NCBI GenBank assembly: GCA_000165345.1 | Contig: CM000435.1 | Coordinates: forward strand, 1,024,001-1,088,000 | DNA length: 64,000 nt | Reading direction: 5' to 3' | Shown here: piece after piece, positions 1 through 11,560 of the stretch | How the letters are laid out: every line of letters begins with the position of its first letter | Position numbering within the stretch: position 1 is the first letter of the stretch | Program-made: the position numbers and the translations under genes | The notes under the pieces: model-generated | What the model was told of the DNA's origin: nothing | Databases searched by the model: none | Seen by the model: only the letters and a program-made list of their open reading frames with translations

Positions 1-689
1 AACTTACAATAAACTCTATTTCTCAAATTCCATTGAAATTCTCTGCCGTCAGATACCTTTCTTCAACTTCTTTTAATTAATCTGCAGTTATTTCTCTTTT
101 TACTTCAATTCCGGTACTAATTCAGTACTTTCCCACTTTTGTTTGACAATGAATTTCTTTTACCTCTTCTCTTTTGTTTTCCACTTAAGTCAATTAAAAA
201 TTCAAATTTACTTATTTCAACACTTGTGTTCTTCGCCATTTTTTTTTTGCACATATTTGCTACTCAGAAAATCCATCCAATAACAAGTACCGGTGTTTTG
301 CGTCTTGGCGCCGGCGCGCAAAATCTAATAATTTCCTTATTTGGAAAAGCATGTGAAGAAAAAGTATTAAGTTAGGAGTGGGGAATGATGATGGAAATTA
401 AAATGAATTAATAGAGACTTTGAGTAAAACTTAGGTATCTTGTAAGTGTTTATAAATACACAGGTTTTGCGTGTGTGTTTTTTTAAATTTTAATTTAAAA
501 CATATTATAAGTGACTTTCCAATAGGAAATTAACTATTAGGAAACAATTAAATAGGATTATTCACATCTCAAAATAGGAGCCATAAATTCTAGGATATTT
601 TCTAGGTGTTTTTGTTCTCAGGAGGAGAATAGGAGAATAACATCATTTTTTGAGGAGGAATCGCTCAATCCATTAACCCCCCCAAATAC

Positions 690-960
690 CAGAGTTTCCA
701 ATACTTTTGTTGACGCAGTTGAGACTCTGGATTTGAGGGAAGAAGAAGGGAGGGAGAAAGGAGGAAAAGAAGAAGGAAAGGGTAGAAAGGAAGGGGGAGG
801 AAGAGAAAGAATGGGAGGTGGAAGAGGTGTAAGAAGGAGTGAGCGAGAGGAAAAAAAGAAGAAAGGGAAAGAGAAGGAAAATAGACAGGAAAAGAAGGGA
901 AAGTAGAAAATAAAAAGTAAAGATAAAAGAAGAAAAAAGTGAGATGGAAAAGAATAAGAA
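690..960. repeat. Polypurine (GA-rich) low-complexity tract about 270 nt long. It lies in the 3' flank of the ABC transporter gene and would read as polypyrimidine on the minus-strand transcript.
   Basis: Long runs of gaagaagggagggagaaaggaggaaaagaagg... read directly from the sequence. There is no ORF support. Confidence 0.7.
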
Positions 961-1109
961 ATCGTCTCTTAACCTTTGAAACTAAAGAACTTAAGGGAAT
1001 TTAACGAGAGTATAAAGTTAGTTAAAATACAAATTTCAAAATCGGACCATTCTAAGTGCTTGTAAGCCTACCTAACATAGCTTAGCCTCGTCCCTCCCAA
1101 ACATCAGAA

Positions 1110-4100
1110 TTATACGGAAATCGATGATGCAAGGGAGCTGAAAACGCTCTTAGGATTCCTAAGGAGGTTCTGGGGAGTATCAAATTCAAACACTCTACCT
1201 GATTCAAGAACAAGAATTTTGTCGTAATTGATGATTGTTTTAATCCTGTGGGCAATAGTTAATATAGTACACCCTTTAAACTCGGATTTGATAGTTTCCT
1301 GAATTAGAGAGTCGGTCTGGATGTCCACAAAGGAAGTTGCTTCATCAAGAAGAAGGATCCTGGATTTTCTAAGAATGGCTCTTGTTAGGCAAAATAGTTG
1401 CTTAATACCCACACTAAGCTGGGTTCCACCTCCTTCTAATTGGAAGTTTAACTTCCCTGGAAGGTTGTTAACGTAATCAAATACGTGCGCCCTTTTAAGA
1501 ACCTCATAAAGTTCTTCATCTGAATAACTTCCTTTTGGGTCTAAATTGAACCTTACTGTGCCAGTGAATATTACTGGGTCCTGGGGGACTATAGAAATAG
1601 ATTCTCTGAGCTTTAGAGGGGAAACCTTAGAGGTTTCTAAATCATCTATCAATATTGCACCAAAAGAAGGGTCGAATAGACGAAGTATTGCAGAAAATAG
1701 ACTGCTTTTTCCAGCCCCTGTCCTCCCAACTATTCCAATTCTTTCTCCTGGAGAAATCTTCAAACATATATTGCATAGAGAAGGATTAGGATTAGGGTAG
1801 AATGTCATATCCACATTCCTGAATTCAATCTTGCCTTGAGAAGGCCAGTCTTCTGGTACATTTATATTACTTTTCTCTTGATCTGATACAACTACTTGGT
1901 ACATTTCTGAATCTGTATATGTACGAATTCTTTCAAACCCAACCATATCTGCTTCAAATTCACCGACAGTAAAGATACTATACCTTAACCATCCAGGTAA
2001 AGCTACTGCAAATGACAAAATAGTACCAAGAATACCCGGATTTGATAGATTACAAGCTGAAAGAAGTACGCTGAAAATCCCTGTTACAACTAAAGTCATA
2101 CAACCAATTACCTCAAGACGGAGGTAAAGCCAAATATAGGCAATGTCCAAGTGATATCTGATATTATTTAAAGCAATTATTGCATTATCCATTTTTCTAA
2201 TAAGCATGTTCTCTGCTCCAAATGTGTGAATTGTTGCTAAGCCTGACATAGTTTCCATCAATTGAGACGTAATAGGAGCTGTTAAAGCTGCTGACTTTCT
2301 TTCACTTTGACGGATAATTGGCGGGTACTTTTTGGCCACACAATAAAAAGCGTAAAATATTGGTGGAATGAAGAAAAGGAACTGTGGTGTTATTACTCCA
2401 ACTGATACCAACATTGTTGCTGACATTAAAACTGTTACAGATGAATTGTTAAAGCTTGTTGGTAGGAGCTCATCTAAATGAACAAGATCTGAAGTAAACC
2501 TGTTTAATATTCTTCCAATTGGAGTGTTTTCAAAGAATGAAAGAGGAGCATGCTCAATATGAGAAAGAAGCTTATTGTGATAGATCTTAGACACTCCAAC
2601 ACCTCCTACTCGGAAGATGATTGTGGTTACAGTGCAAACAATTGGGAGTACAATACATGCTGTCAAGTATATGTTAAAGTAAGCTCTCCAGTTTTCTTCA
2701 TTAGCATTTTCTAGCCATATTCCAATGAAGAAAGTAATAAGTACGTATATTGCAACCAATAAAGATACAAAAATTAATAGTTTAAAGAGAGTGAGCTTTT
2801 CGTAAGAGAATATGTACTTCATATAAGTATCTAGAGATACCACTCCTTCTTCTTCCTCCTCTTCCTCTTCTTCATCAACTTTAAACCTTGAACTCTCTCC
2901 TTCCTCTTCTGTTATAGAGATTCCTTCTTGACTATAGTTTTGAGTTGAATTGCTTTTAATAAGACTTGTTAGAGTTAAAGACTCTCTTGAACTGTTATTT
3001 GAGCCAAGTTTTGCAATCTTTTGGTCATTCTTTGTTTGAGTTAAGTTTGAACCAAAAAGATTCTTATAGTGAGGAAACTTTAGCAATCCATAGGGATCTC
3101 CCAAATATAAGGGTTTCTTGCTGATGTCATCCAGAAGTAAAACCTTATCAACATGAACAACTAAATCTGCAAGATGAGTTGCCAAAATGACACATTTATC
3201 TCTAAGCAACCCAAGTATACAATTCTTGAAGATTCTAGCTGATACATTACTATCAACTGCACTAAGACAATCATCAAGTGCATAAATCTGAGACCTCTGG
3301 TAAACAGCTCTTGCCAGACTAATTCTTTGTCGTTGGCCTCCAGAAAGGTTATTAGAGCTACCACTTATCATAGTTTGGTCACCTTTTGGAAAGATCTTGA
3401 AATCTGCTACTAAACAACAAGCATCAACAACTTGAGCATACCATTCAGGGTCAAATGGGGCTCCAAAAAGAATATTTTCTCTAATTGTACCAGTAACAGC
3501 CCAAGCTAATTGAGGAACATAAGCCAATTTTCCACTAACCTGTCGAAGTCCTTTATAATGCTGAAGTTCATTAATTATGGAAAGCAATAGACCACTTTTT
3601 CCGCTGCCAACTGGTCCTAAAATAGCCATCATTTCCCCAGGATTTACTTCAAAAGAAAGGTCTTTCATTAAGAGAGCACCACTTGGCCATCTTAGCTCAA
3701 CTTTCTCGTATTTAACATTTCCTTTTATTGGCTCTGAAAGGTCTTGATCCTCAATTGGCATTGCACGAGAGACTTTAGAGCAAGATGAAGTATTCATAAG
3801 TGAATTAATATTGGATCTATCTTCAATGACTAGGAATTCGCTAATTCTTTCACATGATAGAATTAAATCCCTGAATAGAGCATAAGATTTGGGGAAGGAG
3901 GCAATAAACTCACTCACTGCATCGTACACAACGTATGCAAAGAATATATTGGCAGGGTCATTAACCTCACCCATATACCTTCTTACAATAATAGTAAAAA
4001 GAAGAGCGTGAAAAACAACAGCATGGCATGCTGCTGCAAATCCCCAACATGTACCTTGAGCCAGTAAACTTAAGATTTCGTTTTCTCTATGTGAATCAAT

Positions 4101-5291
4101 ATTTTTGATAAAATATCTTTCCCAAGAGTATGATTTAATAATCTTAATGTAATTAAGATACTCAGAAGTCAAAAGAATACGACGATCTCTGATTTCTGAA
4201 AATGGCTTTCTTAGATAGGCTCTGATATTTAGGAAGCTAATACTCCATGTAGCATGAGCAAACATAACTAATATTCCAACAATTCCTGAAATTCCAATAT
4301 TCATATAAAGCATTATAGCTGCAATAGTGACCGAACAAGCGCCATAGTAGAATTCGTGACTTGTATATAGCCTTCCAAACCTAGAAACATCGTTATTTAG
4401 AAGATTAACAACGTTTCCAGACATGCCAAAGGATCCCGTAGCTCCTTGCAGAGAAATTTCTGAAGCCACAGAAAGTCTGGCTTTGCTAGCTCTAGAAGAG
4501 AGCTCTGTGTTTGATTGAGGGCTTTCTGAAAATATATTCGAGTCCAAATTCAATAATTTCCTGTAAACAACCCCAGTAATCAAGGAGCGAATTTGCCTCC
4601 CTAATCTTGTAACAATCCTGGTTTCTTGCTGTCTTAAAACTGCATAAGCAATTATGAGGGTTGTCATTGCAAATATATAGGCAAAACCTTTGCAAGCAAT
4701 ACTTGAACTAAATCTCTCAGGAACAATCCCCAAAATAACTGCCCACCAAGGGATAGCTGAATCAGCAGAAGATTCAACTCTGGGAATGAGCTCAGAAGAT
4801 TGAATACATTCCAAGAGCTTTCTTAGTAGAAATATCTGAGTTAAATTACAGATATTTGAAAATATAACTAAAGCAAATATAATAAATATTTGCTTACTGT
4901 AACACTGGAATAATACCCTGGCCAGTGAAGGAAATTTAAGCTTTTTACTAGAAGCAGAACTATTTGTATTAGTGTTATTCCCATTTTTGTTTTCAAACAC
5001 TTTAGATTTTCCAAATCTTTCACATTCTGCCTTCCATTTATCTTCAAAGTTAGCAAGCGAGTAACTTGGATCGTTTTGCTCCGGTAAATGGTAATACTCA
5101 TCCAAAGATAGTATATGGTCATATGCAGAGTCAATTATTGGAGTAAACCAAGAAAAAGTAAATTTAGATAAGAAGCTAGCACTCTCTTCTGGAGTTATTC
5201 CACCAGTTTTTTTGTGTATAAACGGCTTTTCATCTTGTACTTGATCATCATTTTCTTTTTTCAAATTTCTATTAAAAATCCCTCCAAGCAT
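1110..5291 (-). CDS. ABC transporter of the ABCC/MRP family, a full transporter with TMD-NBD-TMD-NBD layout. The first real ATG is the 5th codon of the TTG-initiated tracked ORF.
   Basis: The tracked ORF is 1110..5303. Its first codon is TTG (caa on the plus strand), and the first ATG gives MLGGIFNRN. Two nucleotide-binding domains are present: Walker A GPVGSGKS and GRTGAGKSS, and ABC signatures LSGGQRQRISLARAV and LSVGIKQLFCLTRAI. The second signature is the MRP-type NBD2 form LSVGQRQLxCLARAL. Multiple hydrophobic TM blocks are present, plus a poly-Glu acidic linker EEEEEEEEE between the two halves. Confidence 0.85.
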   Translation of the reverse strand: MLGGIFNRNLKKENDDQVQDEKPFIHKKTGGITPEESASFLSKFTFSWFTPIIDSAYDHILSLDEYYHLPEQNDPSYSLANFEDKWKAECERFGKSKVFENKNGNNTNTNSSASSKKLKFPSLARVLFQCYSKQIFIIFALVIFSNICNLTQIFLLRKLLECIQSSELIPRVESSADSAIPWWAVILGIVPERFSSSIACKGFAYIFAMTTLIIAYAVLRQQETRIVTRLGRQIRSLITGVVYRKLLNLDSNIFSESPQSNTELSSRASKARLSVASEISLQGATGSFGMSGNVVNLLNNDVSRFGRLYTSHEFYYGACSVTIAAIMLYMNIGISGIVGILVMFAHATWSISFLNIRAYLRKPFSEIRDRRILLTSEYLNYIKIIKSYSWERYFIKNIDSHRENEILSLLAQGTCWGFAAACHAVVFHALLFTIIVRRYMGEVNDPANIFFAYVVYDAVSEFIASFPKSYALFRDLILSCERISEFLVIEDRSNINSLMNTSSCSKVSRAMPIEDQDLSEPIKGNVKYEKVELRWPSGALLMKDLSFEVNPGEMMAILGPVGSGKSGLLLSIINELQHYKGLRQVSGKLAYVPQLAWAVTGTIRENILFGAPFDPEWYAQVVDACCLVADFKIFPKGDQTMISGSSNNLSGGQRQRISLARAVYQRSQIYALDDCLSAVDSNVSARIFKNCILGLLRDKCVILATHLADLVVHVDKVLLLDDISKKPLYLGDPYGLLKFPHYKNLFGSNLTQTKNDQKIAKLGSNNSSRESLTLTSLIKSNSTQNYSQEGISITEEEGESSRFKVDEEEEEEEEEGVVSLDTYMKYIFSYEKLTLFKLLIFVSLLVAIYVLITFFIGIWLENANEENWRAYFNIYLTACIVLPIVCTVTTIIFRVGGVGVSKIYHNKLLSHIEHAPLSFFENTPIGRILNRFTSDLVHLDELLPTSFNNSSVTVLMSATMLVSVGVITPQFLFFIPPIFYAFYCVAKKYPPIIRQSERKSAALTAPITSQLMETMSGLATIHTFGAENMLIRKMDNAIIALNNIRYHLDIAYIWLYLRLEVIGCMTLVVTGIFSVLLSACNLSNPGILGTILSFAVALPGWLRYSIFTVGEFEADMVGFERIRTYTDSEMYQVVVSDQEKSNINVPEDWPSQGKIEFRNVDMTFYPNPNPSLCNICLKISPGERIGIVGRTGAGKSSLFSAILRLFDPSFGAILIDDLETSKVSPLKLRESISIVPQDPVIFTGTVRFNLDPKGSYSDEELYEVLKRAHVFDYVNNLPGKLNFQLEGGGTQLSVGIKQLFCLTRAILRKSRILLLDEATSFVDIQTDSLIQETIKSEFKGCTILTIAHRIKTIINYDKILVLESGRVFEFDTPQNLLRNPKSVFSSLASSISV

Positions 5292-5487
5292 TTTACAGTG
5301 CAAAGATGAGCTCTTTCGAAGCTAAACCTCCTTGCTTAACTTTTTTTTCCTTAGCTTTAACCCTTCTCTAAATTTGATTGATTTACCTCAATATTCCTTT
5401 CTCTACTTTGATTTATTCTTATTGCCTTGTGTATTCAAAAACTTGGCTATTTCTTATTTTTTGTATAATATACGGTACCGTCTAGAG

Positions 5488-5496
5488 TGGCGCCAA
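5488..5496. promoter_or_regulatory. E2F-like TGGCGCCAA motif in the divergent promoter between the ABC gene and the 1891-aa gene
   Basis: The string gtggcgccaatcc was read at about 5488. A GGCGCC-core palindrome of this kind recurs in most promoters in this window. Confidence 0.4.
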
Positions 5497-5884
5497 TCCT
5501 GTTCCTCATACCATTAAATATAGTTGTTATTTTCTTGGATTAAGAGTTTTTTTTGCCTAACACAAGTTCAAGTTAGCAGATATCTTTTTCTAAAACGATT
5601 TATGTTATCGTTAGAAAGCTCTGAGACTTTTTCCTAGCTCTTTCTCTCTTTAAAAAACCTCTTCCATAAAGATTTATTTGAATCCATACGTGTGCCCGCC
5701 AGATGACCCGCCTTTATGCATCCCCCCACTTTAGCCATGCACTTTGAATCATGTCATCTGAATCTTTTTACATATTTAAAGTGTGTGAAGACTAATAAGA
5801 TTTTGCGTGAGACAACAAACTGACTGGGGATTTGGTAGAATGAGTTGTTGTCTCTTGAGACTATCGCTTCAAAATTGAAAAAGA

Positions 5885-8800
5885 ATGACTTTTTTCAGTA
5901 TAAAGGTCCTTAACCACATAATGTTATGGTTTGGTTTGATCATTTTTTGGGCTATTACGCAAATATATGGCAAATCTCCAGTGGAACATGGAAAGCTAAT
6001 GCGTAATTGCCCCCCTGAATTTACTTATAGTGAGCTTCGAAGACTTACATCAGAAGGATCTTTGGTGGAGGCTCAGAACTTTTTAGACTCTTTGAGATCA
6101 ACTGAGATCAATGTTTTGTATGGAATGATTGAAGTAAGATTTGATACAGACGTTCGAAAGCTTCAAATTGAGCTTCCTAACCTGGAGCTTGCTGATATAA
6201 AAGTATCTTCAAAAATTCGAGAATTTATTTCGTATGAATATGTATTTGATTGTAAAGATATTAAAGAAAGTACCAGGTTCTTGTTTTGGATCATTAGACA
6301 TTTTGATTTGAACTACTTGTCTCCTACCATAGCATTTTCAATCACCAAGTATGTACTTGGAGAGGCTTCCAAAATCTTTGGGAAGGAACATTTTATACCA
6401 GTAACACCTGTTACATCAATTAATTTGTCTGAAGTTATAGCTCAAAATAGTAAAGATGATTTTCCTTCAAGAAAGCAAATCAATGAAGCTATACGGAAGT
6501 TTACTTCCACTGGCAGGTTCCCTGAATATAAGGGAGTTATTGACTTGCCCGACATTACCAGCATTACTCCAGCTTCTATTGAGGATAAAGTTTTGAGAAG
6601 CAGAATCCTAATACTTCAGAGAGGAGGATACGCTCCAAAGAACAAAGATCGTTCTCAAATTCAAACAGTTAAGTATATTATGAGAACTTCCAGGTATTAT
6701 TTGAACATTTATTTATCTGCAGAAATGTCTTATAGGCTTTGGAGTATTGTATATTTTATTATGACAGGAATAAGAATATCTGAATATAAATATAAAATGT
6801 TCCCATTTATCATGAAAAAGAGCCAATCTGATACCTGGCCCCATGAATCTGATGTTTTAGAGGCAATTTCAGGAACTTTAACTAAGTTTGGAATTAAACA
6901 TAAACCTTTGAGTATTCATTCCAGCTGGTATAAAAAATTAAAGCAAGAAGGATATGTACTTTCTGTTCCTCAAAACATAAAAACCTCTCGGTGGTTTTGT
7001 AGATTCTTCCAGCATTATCTTCAAATCATGATTAATCCATACTTACAGTTTAATATATGGAAGACTACTCTTGAGAATCTTTTAGAACCTCATATTAGAC
7101 AAGTCAATGTTTCTGGTGATAAATGTTTTATTAAAGAAGATCCCAAATTCCCGTGGCCAAATTGTAGTCAAGTTCCCATCAATTCTCCTGAATACGATGT
7201 ATTAAAACATGATAAAGCTGTGGACAACTTAACTCATGAATTTGCTCGTATTATCCATAATTTCAATCCTGGATATCCATTTCATGATCTGTGTGAATTA
7301 ACGCGTCAATTGATTGAAACAGGTTCTTTTCGTAGAAAAGTAAGACAACCAATCACTAGAGTAAAGCATGAAATTGCCATTCGTAAACTTGAGAGAAAGA
7401 CATATGTTAGAAATCTTGTAAGATCTTATAATTATGCAAAGAAATACGAGCCTTTCATTCAGCCAAGCGACGAAATGTTGTTCTTCTTTAAAGATTATAT
7501 TGAAAATGACGTTCCTTTGAATGATAAGATCGCTGATAAAATTGCAAGAGAAAAGTTCATGGACGAAGATCTTGAAGATGTTGTTAAGACTAGGAACTTT
7601 GTTATTGACTGTGCGAAAACATATAGTTCTATTACTGCTAGAAAAAGTTGGAACGACTTAGAGATTCGTGAAATCCCAGCTAAAGGAAAGAAAGCCATTA
7701 GTACAGCCTGTAGTAACCTTTTTTACTCAAGACCAAAATGCAAATTTGAGTCTATTCCTCCATTTCATCCAGCAAGAGAACATAGTGATATTTTAACTGG
7801 TGAATTTTCTCTTCGTATATTTTCATATTTTAGAAGTATTGGAGTTTATAATACCATTCCAGATGACTTTTGCCCTGATGCCATTAATGTGATGAGTAAA
7901 ATCTTTAGGATTGAGCCAAAGAACCATGAACAATTAAAGAGAGATTATGCTAAGAATTCCAAAATTCATGAAAGAGATCGATTTATCCGAAATGCTTTGT
8001 TAAAGTTCAAAACTCTTGATAATACTGATGTCCAAAGATCAAGAGCTCGCAAACTGAGTGAGATGATGGAACAAATTGTTAAATCTAAGCTTCAAGATAA
8101 GCTTAAACCAAAAACGTTTGATTATATTTTCGGTAGAATTGTTAATAGGTACTCAGAATTTGTTAGTAAAGCTGATGGTAATTATTGGGAAATTGATGAA
8201 CTGAAAGATATGGTTCGGCTTGGGAAGAGGTTTGTATATTATAACTCTTTCAAACAGTTCCCAAAGAATAAGTTTAAACATGTTTGTGATAAACTTCTTA
8301 CAAATATTGTTCTGAAGATTCATGGTTCTGAAGCAATTATTGAACGTATTAGAAACTCTGACCCCTCTCTTAAGCTCAGCGATCAAAGAATTTCTAGAGA
8401 TATCACCAAAAATCTTTGTTTCAGTCTCGGAAGCTGGCAAATTTCACTTCGAAAAAGAATAAAAAATAAGCTTGAATTCCTTTGGCTTAAAATGAATAAC
8501 CATAAACAAGAATATAAACTTATTGACTCTAATTTGATTCCAATTCCCAAGCACGCTAGCCAAAAATACTATATCCAAGTAGCTGACGCCAATATTATAA
8601 ACTTTTATAATTCATTGGGTACTAATTTGAAGCATCAATTCCCACACTTAGATATAAAGCTCCCAAATACCATTCCAATTGAACCTGAAGTAATGAGACT
8701 TAGAAAGTTGGGATACGATTGTCCACCTCCAAAATCTGCTAAAAGTGATGGAATACCTACTGCTGAGGAATGTATACGATATATTTACAGATATGGACTT

Positions 8801-11560
8801 TATATTTACAATGGCTTGATTCTAGATTTTAAAATCCTTTACAAAGTATACCAGAAATCTTTTATGGATTCAGGATTTCAATCTTTAGCGTATTTACCAA
8901 ACATATATCCCAAATTTCTCAATTTTTCTCTATTGAAATCAAGTTTATTTGATTATAACTTCCACAGATTTGAAACTATATGTTCCTTAAATAAATTAGA
9001 AACCGAATTATATTGGAACCAATATTTTACAGTTGTTGAGAACATTTCCAAAGATTTAATTAAACAATTACATTCTGCAAATGTTATTCTTCCAGGATCA
9101 GCTGATCGTACTAGTAGTACTTACAATATATCCCCCTTAAAAACCAGATCTCGTACTATTTGTGAATTTATTGCCAGAATTCTGAATCCAAACTTTTACA
9201 AGAGTTTTGATGTTAACACTTCTGACTTTTTCAAGGGTCAAATATCAAATTCTGAATATAATAAAGGACTTGTCTGGTATGATTTAAATCAAGTCAACAG
9301 TGGATCTGCACAGCATACGCCTAAACAAATTGATAAGAATGTTATGCGTTCACTTTATACCATCTATTTTGTTCAATCTTGTATTCACTCACTGATGAAA
9401 TACTTTTCTGGTATCCATTTTTTGCATGCAGCTTTATTATGTAGAAAAACAAGAGAATGGAGAGGCTGTGATGAGACTCAGTTTATTGGATATAACTATA
9501 TTGAACATTTGGAGGTTGGTGATCCAATTGAAGAAATTTACTTGAATAGACTATTAAAGGGAGTATTTGTTGATATGGTGACTTTTGAGTTGCAAGAAAA
9601 ATCAACTTCGTTATTCTGGTCAAGCAAGCTTTATGATATGCCAACTGACAGACTTCCAATTTCTTATATGAGATTTTGTCCAGTTTCTATCAGAATACAT
9701 GATTATCTTCAATCTGGGAGGTTCAACAACTTTGTGGATTCTTGTGTTTATGCTTTGGAAACTAGTAATGTTTTTCGTGTTGAAATTAATGGGGACATGT
9801 TTACCATAAAACGAAGTGTTGCTGAAAAGCTTTGTTCAAGTACATTTTGGGGACAAGATTGTAATCACCCTACAATCAAGAGTTCTGCAAAATTTCTTTA
9901 TGAACGTTTAATTCAAGCCCTTAAACTCCCTTCTCCAGTTATTCCAAGCTCAATTATGTGTAATATTGCATATGAAATGGCCTTCAGTAGGAATCCTGTT
10001 AATATCTGCTTTAATCCTAATACTTTCGTGGATACTAGGCCTAAAGCTGGAACAAACCCCTATTCTGAAGACTATAAGCTAAATCACAAAACCAATGATG
10101 AAAAACCCAGACTTAGAACTAAGAAATGGGACACTCCAGAAATGAATTTTGAAAATGCTATTCCTCTCCGCGAAGACCCTATGGGAATGCTTGGGCACAT
10201 TGCAAAAACTTATTCTTTAAGCGAAGTAAATTTTTCTGAGCTTAGAGATGCATGCGAGCAGGCACCAGTTTCCATTAGAGACTGCTCCAAAGTACCTTCT
10301 TTTGTAAAAGAGTATCCAAAAATTGTGAAAAACCCAGAAATCTTAAAGAAAATCAATGAGGAGACCATGAGGTTATTTTACCCTTTAGTCAAAAAAGATA
10401 ACCCAAGGAGTTTTGAAGAATTTCCAATCAGAATTGCCACCTTTGTGGAGCTTTGCAATCTTTCTGTATCAACTTACAATATCAGCCCAGAGCTTTTCAA
10501 CACTGCTTGTGTTTCTTCTTTTGGATGGAATAAACATTTTAAATCCAACCAGGAAATTTGGAAAGGTACAGATTGGCAAACTTCTATACTTTATTGTAGT
10601 TCCACATCCAAATGGAAAAGCTGCTCAAAATGGTCAAACAAGAATAAATTTGAGCTCGAAAATGATCGAGTATTTGAATTATCTTCTTCATATGCTAGTT
10701 CAAGTCCCCTTCAAAAAGCTTCTATTGACTTTATGGCTGCTTTCTTCTCTTCCACTATTTCTCTCTTCCTTTCTGGTGCAAACACTCAAAATATCTCAGA
10801 AGACCCTAAAGACCTTGAAATGATTACAAAATTGAGAGAGAATTATGATATGTTTTGTCCTGCAGCAACTGAGCTTCTTGTAAGTCATAAACTTATTGAT
10901 CAATCGAAATTAAAACCCTCAATTATTGAATTTATGAGGTCTGAGGAAATTTCTTACACTCAAGTAAGGAGAAGAAAGCCAAATAACGGAATTCCATATT
11001 TGTTTTTCAACGCCGATTGCCCTGAAATCCTTACAAATCATATCTTAAACATTGTAAACAGTGATGAGAACTCTGTTAAATCAAATCCTGATGTTCCCTT
11101 ACAATGGTCTAGAAAAGAATTTATCCTCGAATTTGCAGTTAGAGTCTGCAAAAAGCATTTCTCTTGGAAAGACTGCAATTATGACAAAGATATTTTGAAT
11201 AAAAATAATCCACTGGAAATTAACCACTTTGAATATGTTGCCTCTTCAATGTATAGGGAATTCTTGATTAGCTATATTGAAGATAAAGGGTCAGTTCCCA
11301 AGAAAATTGGTAATCATAAAAATGATAACTTTTATGTTTTTTGTAAGCTCTCAATTAACGTAATTTCCGAGCATCCCAGAATAATCCACAGCAACCAAGT
11401 TAGGTCATTAATTGAAAATCTCCTTCCAAAAAAATTCAAAAAATATTCCCAAAATATCGCCAATGTCTTCTTTAGTTCATTCGAAATCTTCCATAAAGGT
11501 GTCAAATATACTAAAAGTATCAAACCTCCAAAAGAAATCACAAAATTCTCATTTTCTTAA
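5885..11560 (+). CDS. Large hypothetical protein of 1891 aa with no domain I recognise. It is probably a lineage-specific protein.
   Basis: One uninterrupted ORF with a real ATG at 5885. It is a 5.7-kb ORF, far longer than chance allows in AT-rich DNA. Only short spurious antisense ORFs lie inside it. Confidence 0.7.
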   Translation: MTFFSIKVLNHIMLWFGLIIFWAITQIYGKSPVEHGKLMRNCPPEFTYSELRRLTSEGSLVEAQNFLDSLRSTEINVLYGMIEVRFDTDVRKLQIELPNLELADIKVSSKIREFISYEYVFDCKDIKESTRFLFWIIRHFDLNYLSPTIAFSITKYVLGEASKIFGKEHFIPVTPVTSINLSEVIAQNSKDDFPSRKQINEAIRKFTSTGRFPEYKGVIDLPDITSITPASIEDKVLRSRILILQRGGYAPKNKDRSQIQTVKYIMRTSRYYLNIYLSAEMSYRLWSIVYFIMTGIRISEYKYKMFPFIMKKSQSDTWPHESDVLEAISGTLTKFGIKHKPLSIHSSWYKKLKQEGYVLSVPQNIKTSRWFCRFFQHYLQIMINPYLQFNIWKTTLENLLEPHIRQVNVSGDKCFIKEDPKFPWPNCSQVPINSPEYDVLKHDKAVDNLTHEFARIIHNFNPGYPFHDLCELTRQLIETGSFRRKVRQPITRVKHEIAIRKLERKTYVRNLVRSYNYAKKYEPFIQPSDEMLFFFKDYIENDVPLNDKIADKIAREKFMDEDLEDVVKTRNFVIDCAKTYSSITARKSWNDLEIREIPAKGKKAISTACSNLFYSRPKCKFESIPPFHPAREHSDILTGEFSLRIFSYFRSIGVYNTIPDDFCPDAINVMSKIFRIEPKNHEQLKRDYAKNSKIHERDRFIRNALLKFKTLDNTDVQRSRARKLSEMMEQIVKSKLQDKLKPKTFDYIFGRIVNRYSEFVSKADGNYWEIDELKDMVRLGKRFVYYNSFKQFPKNKFKHVCDKLLTNIVLKIHGSEAIIERIRNSDPSLKLSDQRISRDITKNLCFSLGSWQISLRKRIKNKLEFLWLKMNNHKQEYKLIDSNLIPIPKHASQKYYIQVADANIINFYNSLGTNLKHQFPHLDIKLPNTIPIEPEVMRLRKLGYDCPPPKSAKSDGIPTAEECIRYIYRYGLYIYNGLILDFKILYKVYQKSFMDSGFQSLAYLPNIYPKFLNFSLLKSSLFDYNFHRFETICSLNKLETELYWNQYFTVVENISKDLIKQLHSANVILPGSADRTSSTYNISPLKTRSRTICEFIARILNPNFYKSFDVNTSDFFKGQISNSEYNKGLVWYDLNQVNSGSAQHTPKQIDKNVMRSLYTIYFVQSCIHSLMKYFSGIHFLHAALLCRKTREWRGCDETQFIGYNYIEHLEVGDPIEEIYLNRLLKGVFVDMVTFELQEKSTSLFWSSKLYDMPTDRLPISYMRFCPVSIRIHDYLQSGRFNNFVDSCVYALETSNVFRVEINGDMFTIKRSVAEKLCSSTFWGQDCNHPTIKSSAKFLYERLIQALKLPSPVIPSSIMCNIAYEMAFSRNPVNICFNPNTFVDTRPKAGTNPYSEDYKLNHKTNDEKPRLRTKKWDTPEMNFENAIPLREDPMGMLGHIAKTYSLSEVNFSELRDACEQAPVSIRDCSKVPSFVKEYPKIVKNPEILKKINEETMRLFYPLVKKDNPRSFEEFPIRIATFVELCNLSVSTYNISPELFNTACVSSFGWNKHFKSNQEIWKGTDWQTSILYCSSTSKWKSCSKWSNKNKFELENDRVFELSSSYASSSPLQKASIDFMAAFFSSTISLFLSGANTQNISEDPKDLEMITKLRENYDMFCPAATELLVSHKLIDQSKLKPSIIEFMRSEEISYTQVRRRKPNNGIPYLFFNADCPEILTNHILNIVNSDENSVKSNPDVPLQWSRKEFILEFAVRVCKKHFSWKDCNYDKDILNKNNPLEINHFEYVASSMYREFLISYIEDKGSVPKKIGNHKNDNFYVFCKLSINVISEHPRIIHSNQVRSLIENLLPKKFKKYSQNIANVFFSSFEIFHKGVKYTKSIKPPKEITKFSFS

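Noticed and set aside
139-375. 78-aa ORF on the plus strand near the window start
   Set aside because: It is hydrophobic and low-complexity with no homology. It sits in the 3' flank of the ABC gene next to a GGCGCC element. It is most likely a chance ORF in AT-rich DNA.
10413-10823. 136-aa same-strand alternative-frame ORF inside the 1891-aa gene. Other small internal ORFs were also seen, such as 3161..3364, 7495..7698, 21299..22061 and 58367..58609.
   Set aside because: They are fully nested in or antisense to long, well-supported coding sequences. They are typical AT-rich frame noise.
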